The notes under the pieces were generated by a model. It did not search any database, was not told the origin of the DNA, and was given only the letters and a program-made list of their open reading frames with translations. The position numbers and the translations under genes were made by a program. Below, piece after piece: positions 46,769-55,823 of a stretch of DNA of 64,000 nt. This DNA is from a virus: positions 342,014 through 406,013 of the IMG/VR virus record IMGVR_UViG_3300028558_000016. One strand, 5' to 3'. How positions within the stretch are numbered: the stretch's first letter is position 1; the number at the start of each line of letters is the position of its first letter.

Positions 46769-48328
46769 ATGTCAAGAAAAGTAAGAGTAAGATTTGCCCC
46801 GTCACCGACAGGGCCACTTCACATGGGTGGCGTAAGAACCGCCTTGTATAATTATCTCTTTGCTAAAAAGCACGGAGGTGATTTCATTTTAAGAATAGAA
46901 GATACAGACAAAGACAGATTTGTTCCTGGCGCAGAAGCTTACATCATTGAAGCTTTGAATTGGTGTGGAATAACTCCTAACGAAGGAATAGATGGAAATT
47001 CTGTTCTTGATACATACAAGCAATCAAAAAGAAATGAGGCTGGAATATACAATCCTTATGTTGCAAAATTAATTGCAGAAGGAAATGCATATTACGCATT
47101 TGATACTAAAGAAGATCTTGACGCATTGAGAACTTCTGTTTCTGAAAAAAGAAAAGCAGGATTAAAAGTAAGAGAATTCGCTTATGGTGTTTTCACAAGA
47201 GAATTATTGAACAACAGCTTGAACATGACTGCCGATGAATTGAAAGCAAGATTGGATGCTGGAATTCCTTATGTCATTCGTTTGAAGATGCCTAAGGAAG
47301 TTGAAATTAAATTCGTTGATTTGATCAGAGGTGCTGTCACTGTAAAAAGTCACACCATCGATGATAAGGTTATATTCAAGAGCGATGGACTTCCAACATA
47401 CCATTTGGCAAATGTTGTTGACGATCACTTGATGGACATTTCTCACGTCATTAGAGGTGAGGAGTGGTTGCCATCGGCACCGTTGCACGTCATGCTATAC
47501 AAGATGTTAGGTTGGGAAGATACCATGCCTGAGTTTGCACACCTTCCTTTGATCATGGGACCAAGCGGTAAATTGAGCAAGAGAGATGGAGATACATTGG
47601 GATTTCCTGTATATCCTTTAAAGTATACAGATCCAAAAACATCTGAGACATCGAGCGGTTACCGTGAGAATGGTTTCTTGCCAAGTGCATTCAATAACAT
47701 GGTTGCATTTCTTGGTTGGAATCCAGGTGGCACCGATGAGGTATTCACAATGGATGAAATGATCGATAAATTCTCTTTGGATAGAGTAGGAAAATCAGGA
47801 GCTAAATTCGATTTGAAGAAGGCTAATTGGTTCAATCACCAACACATGATGAAGTCTGATAATGATGACTTGGCAAAATTATGGATCAGCAATGGAGGAT
47901 TATACAATGGAGCCATGGGTGTTTGGTCTACTGATGCGACAAAACAACGTGTTGATTCATTTGAATATGTTTCAAAGGTTTGTGGATTGCTTAAAGAGAA
48001 GGTTTCTAACATCAATGATTTTTGGAATTCTGGAAAATATTTCTTTATTGCGCCTGAGCCAAGTCTTGGAACAGAACATTCTTCGTTCTTGGCAGAAGTA
48101 ATTGCAAACATAACTAAGGATGAAGTGTTCAATCACGATTCTTTAAGAGCTGTGTTTGATGCTTCAGTTAAGGCAACCGGTGTTGACGCAAGAGAGGCTG
48201 GAATGGTTTTAAGGATTGCTGTAACAGGAATGAAAGTTGGTCCACCTTTATTTGATGCAATGGAATTGATAGGTAAAAATGAATCAATAAACAGAATAGC
48301 ATCTAACGTGGTAGTCAATCATGAGTAA
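46769..48328 (+). CDS. gltX: glutamyl-tRNA synthetase
   Basis: VRFAPSPTGPLHMGGVRTALYNYLFAKKHGG (HIGH region). KLSKR motif. 519 aa, typical GluRS architecture. Confidence 0.75.
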   Translation: MSRKVRVRFAPSPTGPLHMGGVRTALYNYLFAKKHGGDFILRIEDTDKDRFVPGAEAYIIEALNWCGITPNEGIDGNSVLDTYKQSKRNEAGIYNPYVAKLIAEGNAYYAFDTKEDLDALRTSVSEKRKAGLKVREFAYGVFTRELLNNSLNMTADELKARLDAGIPYVIRLKMPKEVEIKFVDLIRGAVTVKSHTIDDKVIFKSDGLPTYHLANVVDDHLMDISHVIRGEEWLPSAPLHVMLYKMLGWEDTMPEFAHLPLIMGPSGKLSKRDGDTLGFPVYPLKYTDPKTSETSSGYRENGFLPSAFNNMVAFLGWNPGGTDEVFTMDEMIDKFSLDRVGKSGAKFDLKKANWFNHQHMMKSDNDDLAKLWISNGGLYNGAMGVWSTDATKQRVDSFEYVSKVCGLLKEKVSNINDFWNSGKYFFIAPEPSLGTEHSSFLAEVIANITKDEVFNHDSLRAVFDASVKATGVDAREAGMVLRIAVTGMKVGPPLFDAMELIGKNESINRIASNVVVNHE

Positions 48329-49385
48329 TATGCCAATAGGAATCCAAGCAATGGGTCCAGCCGAAGTAATAACGGAAATGTTTCTTCGTCCTGGATCCAT
48401 TTCTGCTTATAGAGAGCAGATGGATCTGCTTGATAAAAACAAGGAACATATTTCTGTTCACGATGGATTTTCTATAATAACTTTCTGGGAACCTGCAACG
48501 AAGGCTTTCAATGCCGGCTGGAAGATGAGAGTTGTTTATGGCGAAGTAAAAGAAAAGAAATATTTTGTAAAAGATAATTGGAAAAACAAAACAGTTTATT
48601 CTGGTGCAAGGCCTGAATGCGAAAAATACGTTCAGGGAAATAACACATATCAATTAAATTATTCTCGTTTGACAATCGAAATTAATTCAACTCTCGATGA
48701 TAAGTTGGATGAATTAAAAAAGATTATTTCTGACTCAACAAAGCCAGATGAGAACGAATTGCGTTTTGCAAAGGCTACATCTAATTGGATCAAGGGTCCT
48801 GTCATGGGTTGGTTGAATGATAACAAGCTTGATTTCACCACTCGTTCTAAACCATCTCATCATAAATCATTAGTCACTGGAAATCTTTTCGACTATGAAA
48901 AATATTCTGCCATTGATGAAGAGAAGTGGTGGCCTAAAGATTCTCCTGATGCAAAACTTTATTTGCCTCTTCCTAAAGACGAATATCCTTACACAGTCGT
49001 GTATTCTGAAGAGGAGAGTAATTTTCCAATAAAATCTGAACATTTAAAAGAATTAATAAGCTTGGTTGAATTTACAGATCTTATTAGTTTCTCTACTGCT
49101 TCCAAAACTGTTTTTCCTGAGATGATCAAAAATCCAGATGAAAAACCTTGGGATATAATTCAAAGATTAAATTTGATGCAAAGCAATGATGATGATGCCA
49201 TCAAACAAATGGCCAAAGATGCTTTAGCAAAATATCCCGACAAGGTTGAAGAATATAGGAAAGGAAAGAAGGGAGTTCTCAGCCTGTTCATGGGCGAAGT
49301 AATGAAAGCCGGTAAAGGAAAAGTAAATCCGCAAATGGCTTCAGAAATAGTAAAAAATCTTTTGGAAGAAAAGGAGGGAGCATAA
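48321..49385 (+). CDS. protein with a C-terminal GatB/YqeY-like domain
   Basis: C-terminus EEYRKGKKGVLSLFMGEVMKAGKGKVNPQMASEIVKNLL matches the GatB/YqeY pattern (GkekalgfLvGqvMk.tkGkanP..v.e.l). The N-terminal ~280 aa are unrecognised. Confidence 0.5.
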   Translation: MSNMPIGIQAMGPAEVITEMFLRPGSISAYREQMDLLDKNKEHISVHDGFSIITFWEPATKAFNAGWKMRVVYGEVKEKKYFVKDNWKNKTVYSGARPECEKYVQGNNTYQLNYSRLTIEINSTLDDKLDELKKIISDSTKPDENELRFAKATSNWIKGPVMGWLNDNKLDFTTRSKPSHHKSLVTGNLFDYEKYSAIDEEKWWPKDSPDAKLYLPLPKDEYPYTVVYSEEESNFPIKSEHLKELISLVEFTDLISFSTASKTVFPEMIKNPDEKPWDIIQRLNLMQSNDDDAIKQMAKDALAKYPDKVEEYRKGKKGVLSLFMGEVMKAGKGKVNPQMASEIVKNLLEEKEGA

Positions 49386-49399
49386 CTGCTCCCACTTTC

Positions 49400-49588
49400 T
49401 TATTTAACTGTAGATGTTGCAACAACTGTAGGAGTTGCAATCACTGAAGCAGCTTCAACTGCTTTACAAGTATCAACACACGCTTTCGTTGTGTCACAAA
49501 CTTCATTAACAACTTCAACTTCCGTTTTAGGAGTTCCACATGCAGCAAACATCGTCGTTGCAATAATTAAAAGTACAATCTTTTTCAT
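49400..49588 (-). CDS. small lipoprotein/secreted peptide
   Basis: Signal peptide MKKIVLLIIATTMFAACG with a lipobox-like Cys. Confidence 0.4.
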   Translation of the reverse strand: MKKIVLLIIATTMFAACGTPKTEVEVVNEVCDTTKACVDTCKAVEAASVIATPTVVATSTVK

Positions 49589-49703
49589 AGATTTTGTTGG
49601 GTTTTTAGTTTAGTTCCATATTAAACCGGGTCACGGTCAGGCTATATATAAATCACTGAGAAGTTAGTTTCAATCGATATATACAGCACCACAATCATTT
49701 CCA

Positions 49704-49901
49704 TTGAAGCCAAAATTTAAAATCGGACAAACCATTTATTACATGTATCTCAATTGGATATGCAAATCTAAAGTGAAAAATCATTATGAAAAAGATGGGA
49801 AGATCTTTTATTCTGATGACAGAAATGATGAAATATTAGAAAAATTCGTATTTGATAATAAGCCCGAACTGATTGATTTTCATATAAATAGAACAAAATA
49901 A
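49704..49901 (+). CDS. hypothetical protein
   Basis: Short ORF. Confidence 0.3.
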   Translation: MKPKFKIGQTIYYMYLNWICKSKVKNHYEKDGKIFYSDDRNDEILEKFVFDNKPELIDFHINRTK

Positions 49902-49961
49902 ATAAATAATTTTTCTGGTTTAAAAATAAGTGCCTATATTTGTATTCAAGTTGAAAATCTT

Positions 49962-50160
49962 TAAGGGTTGCATTCAGCATAACAAATCATCTACAAAATG
50001 AAACCAAAAGCAATCTGAAGAATTTCAATGAAACAAAAAAGAAAAAAGATATATAACATAAGATATTAAAAAAAGGATGCGTTCAGCATAACAAACTTAC
50101 AATTGAAAAGTAAACCAAGGCATCCTGAAAAATTTTAAAGAAATGAAAAAAGTAAATAAC
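49962..50160 (+). repeat. imperfect tandem direct repeat of about 110 bp (2 copies) in non-coding DNA
   Basis: Units g(c/t)attcagcataacaaa ... aaaccaa ... tgaa.aattt.aa.gaaa ... aaaaaag start near 49965 and again near 50075. Confidence 0.5.
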
Positions 50161-50257
50161 ATAATCCCGCAGTTTCAGTTTGTGGTGCCGTTTAGCGGTT
50201 CCAACGGGCGTGTTATGTACTTTGACGATTTGTAAAAGAAAACGTTAGACAACAGAA

Positions 50258-50287
50258 AGCCCGGTGGAAACATCGGGCTTTTTTTAT
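50258..50287 (+). terminator. rho-independent terminator
   Basis: agcccg-gtggaaacat-cgggct hairpin followed by tttttttt. Confidence 0.6.
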
Positions 50288-50298
50288 TTGCAAAATTT

Positions 50299-50371
50299 CG
50301 GGGTGTAGCGCAGTTGGTAGCGCGCGTGGTTTGGGGCCATGAGGTCGTCGGTTCGAGCCCGGCTACCCCGA
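50299..50371 (+). tRNA. tRNA-Pro(UGG)
   Basis: C1-G72 acceptor cggggtg/taccccg with A73. D gcgc/gcgc. Anticodon stem cgtgg/ccatg with loop uuUGGgg. Confidence 0.65.
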
Positions 50372-50498
50372 CAGAAAAAGTCCTGTGATTGACAAGAGTG
50401 TGTAAACCTTACAGGAAACGCACGGCTCCGCAGAGGAGTTAGAACTGGAATTGAGGGATACCAGATTGTTGATCGAATGGAAAATTGTTCTTTGAAAT

Positions 50499-50572
50499 GT
50501 GGGAGTAGCTGAGTTGGTTCAAGCGCCAGACTGAAAATCTGGAGTAGATCGGTTCGAGACCGATGTCTCACA
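50499..50572 (+). tRNA. tRNA-Phe(GAA)
   Basis: Anticodon stem ccaga/tctgg with loop cuGAAaa. T atcgg-ttcgaga-ccgat. A73. Confidence 0.6.
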
Positions 50573-50620
50573 CGAGTTTTGTTTTTCCAAGGTTTTGTTT
50601 TTCACAAATCAAAACCACCA

Positions 50621-50693
50621 CGAGGTGTGGCGAAGTTGGTATCGCGCCTGGTTTGGGACCAGGAGATCGCAGGTTCGAGCCCTGTCACCTCGA
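50621..50693 (+). tRNA. tRNA-Pro(UGG)
   Basis: Acceptor cgaggtg/cacctcg (C1-G72) with A73. Anticodon stem cctgg/ccagg with loop uuUGGga. Confidence 0.7.
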
Positions 50694-50704
50694 CAAATGG
50701 AAAT

Positions 50705-50777
50705 GTGGATGTAGCTCAGTTGGTAGAGCACTGCCCTGAAGAGGCAGGTGTCGGGGGTTCGAATCCCTCCATCCACA
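50705..50777 (+). tRNA. tRNA-Phe(GAA)
   Basis: Acceptor gtggatg/catccac. D gctc/gagc. Anticodon stem ctgcc/ggcag with loop cuGAAga. Confidence 0.7.
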
Positions 50778-50784
50778 CGGCGCT

Positions 50785-50803
50785 GTCCCATGAGGGACTT
50801 TTC
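50785..50803 (+). terminator. short hairpin terminator after the tRNA cluster
   Basis: gtccc-atga-gggac hairpin followed by ttttcg. Confidence 0.4.
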
Positions 50804-51042
50804 GTTGAGTATCTGCGGTTGAAATACCGATACAGTCAGACGTGACTTCAAGATGAAACTAAACAGAAAAATGGAAACACTACGGTAAAAGTCCGGGAGG
50901 CAGCGGCAGAATTAAATAGGAAACACCAACAACAGACTAAAAGTTGTTTTGTACGAAGCCCGCTTAAGAAGCGTCGTAGCAATGTCAAGGTGAGTTACAA
51001 AAGAGTCCGTGGGGACACAAAAAACTTTTCCTATTTTAAAAT

Positions 51043-51117
51043 TGACGCATAGCTCAGTTGGTTCAGAGCATCTGCCTTACAAGCAGAGGGTCGGGGGTTC
51101 GAATCCCTCTGCGTCAA
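51043..51117 (+). tRNA. tRNA-Val(UAC)
   Basis: Acceptor tgacgca/tgcgtca. Anticodon stem tctgc/gcaga with loop cuUACaa. T ggggg-ttcgaat-ccctc. Confidence 0.7.
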
Positions 51118-51118
51118 C

Positions 51119-51436
51119 ATGGAAAAGAAATTACAGGACAGCTTGGATGCCTTTAAAAATTTAATGGATAACATGTCTGAGGAAGAATTAGCAGAAATAA
51201 AAGCAAAGTATTTCACAGAAGATGAAATACCAGAAGGCTGGGTTGACATTGAAGAACATTTGCCAATGGTTACATGTCAAGATTTTCTCGACAACGATGC
51301 AATAGTGAAATTCATCAAGGTCAAGGATAAAGACGGAAATATTTTTGATGATCAAGTTGGAGACCATCACATGTGGTACTACAGAGCAAAGGAAGCTGGA
51401 ATAACACATTGGTGGAATGAAGTTGAAGAAGAATAA
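51119..51436 (+). CDS. hypothetical acidic protein
   Basis: ORF starts 2 nt after the tRNA-Val. Confidence 0.4.
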   Translation: MEKKLQDSLDAFKNLMDNMSEEELAEIKAKYFTEDEIPEGWVDIEEHLPMVTCQDFLDNDAIVKFIKVKDKDGNIFDDQVGDHHMWYYRAKEAGITHWWNEVEEE

Positions 51437-51441
51437 AACAT

Positions 51442-51517
51442 TGCCCTATCGCTTAGTTGGTTTTAAAGCGTCTCGCTTACAACGAGAAGATCATCGGTTC
51501 GACTCCGGTTAGGGCAA
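51442..51517 (+). tRNA. tRNA-Val(UAC)
   Basis: Acceptor tgcccta/tagggca. Anticodon stem tctcg/cgaga with loop cuUACaa. T atcgg-ttcgact-ccggt. Confidence 0.7.
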
Positions 51518-51518
51518 C

Positions 51519-51776
51519 ATGAAAGATGAAAGTAAAATAACAACTCAGCAATTCAAATTTATTTCTGAATTGCTTTGGGGTGGAGTTCCCGTTGACCGGG
51601 TACAAGCTGAAGAGTCTGCGATGTTCAAAGCGAACGCGCCAAAAATATTAGAGGAATATCCTCTATTGGATAAATCATTTTTTGAAAAACATAGTAAAAA
51701 CAAAGGTTATGAAATTGTCAAAAGTAAAAATATACAAGATGAACAAGGTAGGCAAGGAGAAATTGTCGACGGCTGA
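51519..51776 (+). CDS. hypothetical protein
   Basis: ORF. Confidence 0.35.
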   Translation: MKDESKITTQQFKFISELLWGGVPVDRVQAEESAMFKANAPKILEEYPLLDKSFFEKHSKNKGYEIVKSKNIQDEQGRQGEIVDG

Positions 51777-52839
51777 TTTATTGGAAAGAACCGGCTACAT
51801 AAAACAAGTCTCATCTGGATTGTTCGTTCAGATGCACTTTATGAAGTTGGTGATGAATAACATCGAAAAGATCGTTAGAGAAGAACTAAACAAAATAAGC
51901 GCCTTGGAAATTGGATTGAACCAGTTACAAGGCGCTGAAGTTTGGAAGCAAACCGGTCGCTATAATGATTATGGCGCTGAGATGTTCAAGCTCAAGGATC
52001 GTTCAGATAAGGAGATGGTGTTCACAGGAACAAACGAAGAACTCGTGACTGTTGTTGCAAGAGAATATGTGGAGTCATATAGAGATTTGTCTTTCACATT
52101 CTATCAGATAAACAATAAGTTCAGAGATGAAATTCGCTGTAACACAGGTCTGATTAGATGTAAAGAGTTTCTCATGATGGATGCATATTCATTTCATGTT
52201 AACAAAGAAGATCTCGAAATTAGATATAATGAAATAAGAAATTGTTATATTGCCATATTCGATCGACTCAAACTGAAATACAGAATTGAAACTGCAGATT
52301 CAGGAGAGATTGGCGGATCTGTTTCAGAGGAATTCATAGTTGAAACAAGTGATGGAGATATTGAGATAGGACACATTTTCCAATTAGACACAAAATACTC
52401 GTCCAAGCTTGAAGCACAATTCATAGATGAAAAAGGCGAAAAGCAGGACATAGTGATGGGATGTTATGGAATAGGAATTTCTCGATTGGCCCAGGTTCTT
52501 GCAGACATTAACAGAGATGGAAATAATCTCAATTGGTCAAGAGAACTTGCAGCATACAGTCATGCAATCATTGTGGCAGATGTGAGGAACGAAGAACAAA
52601 TGAGGATTGCTGAAAAGATATACGATGAATTGAAAAGAAAAAAGAAGAACGTATATCTCGATGACAGAAATCTTCGTGTTGGCGAAAAGCTTACCGAAGC
52701 TGACATCCTTGGTTCTGCGAATAAAATTTTAATAGGTAAAAATATAAGTGAAAATAATTTTGAGGTGAAGAAAAATTCAAACGATGCATGGGAAAAAATG
52801 TCCATGGAAAGCTTGGATTACTTCTTGGAACTTCAGTAA
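51682..52839 (+). CDS. proS: prolyl-tRNA synthetase (compact form without an editing/insertion domain); start uncertain (51682, 51709 or 51739)
   Basis: YQINNKFRDEIRCNTGLIRCKEFLMMDAYSFH matches ProRS motif 2 (YQIQTKFRDEvRPRfGvmRsREFLMKDAYSFH). C-terminal class II anticodon-binding-like region. Confidence 0.65.
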   Translation: MKNIVKTKVMKLSKVKIYKMNKVGKEKLSTADLLERTGYIKQVSSGLFVQMHFMKLVMNNIEKIVREELNKISALEIGLNQLQGAEVWKQTGRYNDYGAEMFKLKDRSDKEMVFTGTNEELVTVVAREYVESYRDLSFTFYQINNKFRDEIRCNTGLIRCKEFLMMDAYSFHVNKEDLEIRYNEIRNCYIAIFDRLKLKYRIETADSGEIGGSVSEEFIVETSDGDIEIGHIFQLDTKYSSKLEAQFIDEKGEKQDIVMGCYGIGISRLAQVLADINRDGNNLNWSRELAAYSHAIIVADVRNEEQMRIAEKIYDELKRKKKNVYLDDRNLRVGEKLTEADILGSANKILIGKNISENNFEVKKNSNDAWEKMSMESLDYFLELQ

Positions 52840-52851
52840 AAAGTAGAAATA

Positions 52852-53391
52852 ATGAAAGCAGTTTATATTGGCGAATACGTCAAAGAAAAAATGTTCGATA
52901 GGTTATTGAACGAAGTGGCCTGGGCCAATAAGGAAGCTCCAAGAGACGAATGCTTTATGGCATTGGAATCTTTGGAATATACTTATGGAAAAGGATTCAC
53001 AAGAACGTACACTTCTTTAGAAATGCACGTTGAAGTGTTGGGCATCATGAAAAAGATGAACGACGAAATGGGAACCGAGTATAACGTTTGCTTCTTGAAT
53101 TATTACAAGAGCGAAAAAGAACACTTAGGTTGGCATGCAGATGATTCTCCTGAAATGGATGAGACACACCCAATAGGTGTTGTATCATTTGGAGCTGAGA
53201 GATACATTTGGACGAAAAATAAGGACTACAGGGGAAACATTCCTGATGAAGATAAGTATTTATTAGGGGATGGTTCTTTGTTTATCATGCCTGCAGGTTT
53301 CCAAAAGGATAACTTGCACAAGATACCAAAGAATGACAAACCTTGTGGAGGAAGAATTAGTTTAACATTTAGAAAATTCATAAACAAATGA
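52852..53391 (+). CDS. AlkB-like 2OG-Fe(II) dioxygenase
   Basis: LGWHADDSPE...PIGVVSFG...GDGSLFIMPAG...H...GRISLTFRKF follows the AlkB pattern HxD...H...RxSxTFR. Confidence 0.55.
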   Translation: MKAVYIGEYVKEKMFDRLLNEVAWANKEAPRDECFMALESLEYTYGKGFTRTYTSLEMHVEVLGIMKKMNDEMGTEYNVCFLNYYKSEKEHLGWHADDSPEMDETHPIGVVSFGAERYIWTKNKDYRGNIPDEDKYLLGDGSLFIMPAGFQKDNLHKIPKNDKPCGGRISLTFRKFINK

Positions 53392-54032
53392 GAAGATTTA
53401 AAATAAAACAAACAGAAGACCAGCGGGTCTATTACACGTCGGACACCCATTATGCGCACGCGAATATGTGTCGCGGAGTTTCGCAATGGGGCGACCTGGA
53501 TAACAGCACGAGGAACTTCAAAACTCTAATAGAGATGAACAACGAACTTGTGAATGCGATCAATAGAACCGTTAGGCCCAAAGACATACTCTTCCATTGT
53601 GGAGACTGGTCGTTTGGAAACGTGAGCAACGTTGCGGAGTTCAGGAGAAGAATACATTGCGAGAATGTGCACATCATATACGGAAACCATGATGATCACA
53701 TAGAAGACGATGAGACCCTACATGGGCATTTCTCTTCTGTACAACATTACAAGGAATTGGCAATCGATGGAGATATGCTTTGCTTGTTTCACTACAAGCA
53801 GACTATATGGAATAAAAGTCATCGTGATGCTTATCACTTGTATGGTCACTCGCACGCAGGTGCTGAACACATGGTTAACGGAAGATCCATGGATGTTGGA
53901 GTTGACAACGCTTACAAGTTGCTTGGAGAATACAGACCTTTTTCTCACGAGGAAGTTTTGTACTTCTTGAAAGGAAGAAAACAGAAAGCCATAGATCACC
54001 ATGGCGCTAAAGGTACTGAGTCACACAAATGA
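53388..54032 (+). CDS. calcineurin-like metallophosphoesterase
   Basis: YYTSDTHYAH, HCGDWSFG and YGNHDDH resemble the phosphoesterase signature motifs. Confidence 0.55.
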   Translation: MRRFKIKQTEDQRVYYTSDTHYAHANMCRGVSQWGDLDNSTRNFKTLIEMNNELVNAINRTVRPKDILFHCGDWSFGNVSNVAEFRRRIHCENVHIIYGNHDDHIEDDETLHGHFSSVQHYKELAIDGDMLCLFHYKQTIWNKSHRDAYHLYGHSHAGAEHMVNGRSMDVGVDNAYKLLGEYRPFSHEEVLYFLKGRKQKAIDHHGAKGTESHK

Positions 54033-54652
54033 AACAGTATCCGTCCATATCCCATTATGATGATTCGATGATCGGAACACCGATGCTCGCATTCAACAAG
54101 ATTGACGGAAGCAATCTGCGGTTTGAGTGGAGCAAGAAGAAGGGATGGAATAAATTCGGAACAAGAAGAACCATACTAAATGAAAAAGATCCACTCTACA
54201 TCGGAGTGGATCTTTTCTTATATAAATATGCTAACAAGCTTGAGGAGATATTCAAGGACGATAAAGATTTCAGAGGAATAAGAGAAGTTGTTGTATTCTG
54301 TGAGTTCTTTGGGCCAAACAGCTTTTATGGACAGCATGATTTCATTGACATGGATGTCGTCTTGTTGGACGTCAATCCAATGACAAAGGGATTCATAAAT
54401 CCAAGAGAGTTCGTAAAGAAGTTTGGAAAGCTTGGAATTCCTGAAATAGTTTTTGACGGAATATTAACGGCTGAGATGGTTGATGAGATCAGAAATTCTG
54501 ATTTAAAAGAAGGTGTGGTGTGCAAGTGGAACAACAACAGACATCTGCATACGGCAAAGATCAAAACTTATAAATGGCTCAATGAATTAAAAGCAAGATA
54601 TGGGCAGGAAGCATTGGACGAAGAATTTGGAAACATTAAATTAATATCATGA
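54029..54652 (+). CDS. nucleotidyltransferase-type polynucleotide (RNA) ligase-like protein
   Basis: FNKIDGSNLRFEW (motif I, KxDG) and LKEGVVCKW (motif IV/V-like). 207 aa is small for a ligase. Confidence 0.45.
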   Translation: MKQYPSISHYDDSMIGTPMLAFNKIDGSNLRFEWSKKKGWNKFGTRRTILNEKDPLYIGVDLFLYKYANKLEEIFKDDKDFRGIREVVVFCEFFGPNSFYGQHDFIDMDVVLLDVNPMTKGFINPREFVKKFGKLGIPEIVFDGILTAEMVDEIRNSDLKEGVVCKWNNNRHLHTAKIKTYKWLNELKARYGQEALDEEFGNIKLIS

Positions 54653-54990
54653 CAAAAACTACAAAGAAGGTTAAATCAAAAACCAAAAAGAAAGCAACGA
54701 GAACTTTAAAATCTCATCCATTGGAAAAGAAGTCAGTTGTTAAGAAAGTGGAAAAAGTGATGAAAGATATAAAGAATGGATTGAAGGTAGGAGGAAAGAT
54801 TGACATGGCATTTCACGGAGCTGGAGTCACCTCGCACGAAAATAAAACAATCGCAAATTACGATGACAATTTCATCTGGATTGATTGCGAGAACACAGAA
54901 GGTGAATTTTATAAGTTCAACAGAAAGACTGGTAAATGCGTCAATGACAATACATTCGGAGGTTTCTCGAGAACAATAAAACCTCAATAA
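54649..54990 (+). CDS. hypothetical basic protein
   Basis: ORF. Confidence 0.35.
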   Translation: MTKTTKKVKSKTKKKATRTLKSHPLEKKSVVKKVEKVMKDIKNGLKVGGKIDMAFHGAGVTSHENKTIANYDDNFIWIDCENTEGEFYKFNRKTGKCVNDNTFGGFSRTIKPQ

Positions 54991-55178
54991 TTTTGCGTAT
55001 ATTGCACTTGTCTCATTGAAAGATAGCACAACGTGGGAGCGGGCTTTAAAAAGCTCCTTTTCAGAAACGATCCATAAATTAGTGCGTCAATAGCAAGCCA
55101 ATAAAGATTCGGATGCATGGACCGAAAGATTGGAGGTGGGGTGGAGAATCGGGAATCCCCCTTTCAATGAAGACACAA

Positions 55179-55252
55179 GACTGCGTAGCTCAGTTGGTTA
55201 GAGTGCTTCCTTGACATGGAAGAGGTCAGCGGTTCGAATCCGCTCGTGGTCA
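55179..55252 (+). tRNA. tRNA-Val(GAC)
   Basis: Acceptor gactgcg/cgtggtc (2 G-U pairs). D gctc/gagt. Anticodon stem cttcc/ggaag with loop uuGACau. T agcgg-ttcgaat-ccgct. Confidence 0.55.
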
Positions 55253-55265
55253 CTAAAATAAAAAT

Positions 55266-55728
55266 AATGTTTTGGTTTAATTTCGCTTTAACAGCATGGT
55301 TTACGTTGGTGCTCATCAACGCTTTATTTATTTTCGATGTTGACATCCTTTTCAAGTTTGTCTGGTCAGACAATCACGGGTTCATCCCCATAAGCAAAAT
55401 AAGTGGAAAATTTGGACAAGGAATGATTGGACTTACCAATGAATATAAAGATTCAAAATACAGACTCAAACCATATTTAAGAATTCGTTGTAAACAAAGA
55501 TATTATAGAGCAATAGAAAAGAGCAATAAGGATGAAATACTTATTATAAATACAATAGCTGGAAGAAAGGAATACAAAGGATATTCTGAATTATGGAAAG
55601 ATTCTTCTTTTAAGGAAGCAAGTCACTCCGAGAGAATAGAAACATCTTATATAAATCCAAACTTTATTCAATTTACATTAACTTGGCCCAAATGGGAGGA
55701 AGATAAAACTCCTACTTTAGAAGAATAA
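55266..55728 (+). CDS. hypothetical protein with an N-terminal TM helix
   Basis: Start taken at the ATG downstream of the tRNA (MFWFNFALTAWFTLVLINALFIF). Confidence 0.35.
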
Positions 55729-55823
55729 CGAATATTTTTCATTTTTGTTAACGAGATGGTGCTAATAACACCATTTTTATTTTATGAGAAAATTGATTAT
55801 ATTTGTAATAATGTAAATCTGAT

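Noticed and set aside
55216-55265. ORF start at 55216 overlapping tRNA-Val(GAC)
   Set aside because: It overlaps the tRNA. The downstream ATG at 55266 gives a sensible TM-containing N-terminus.
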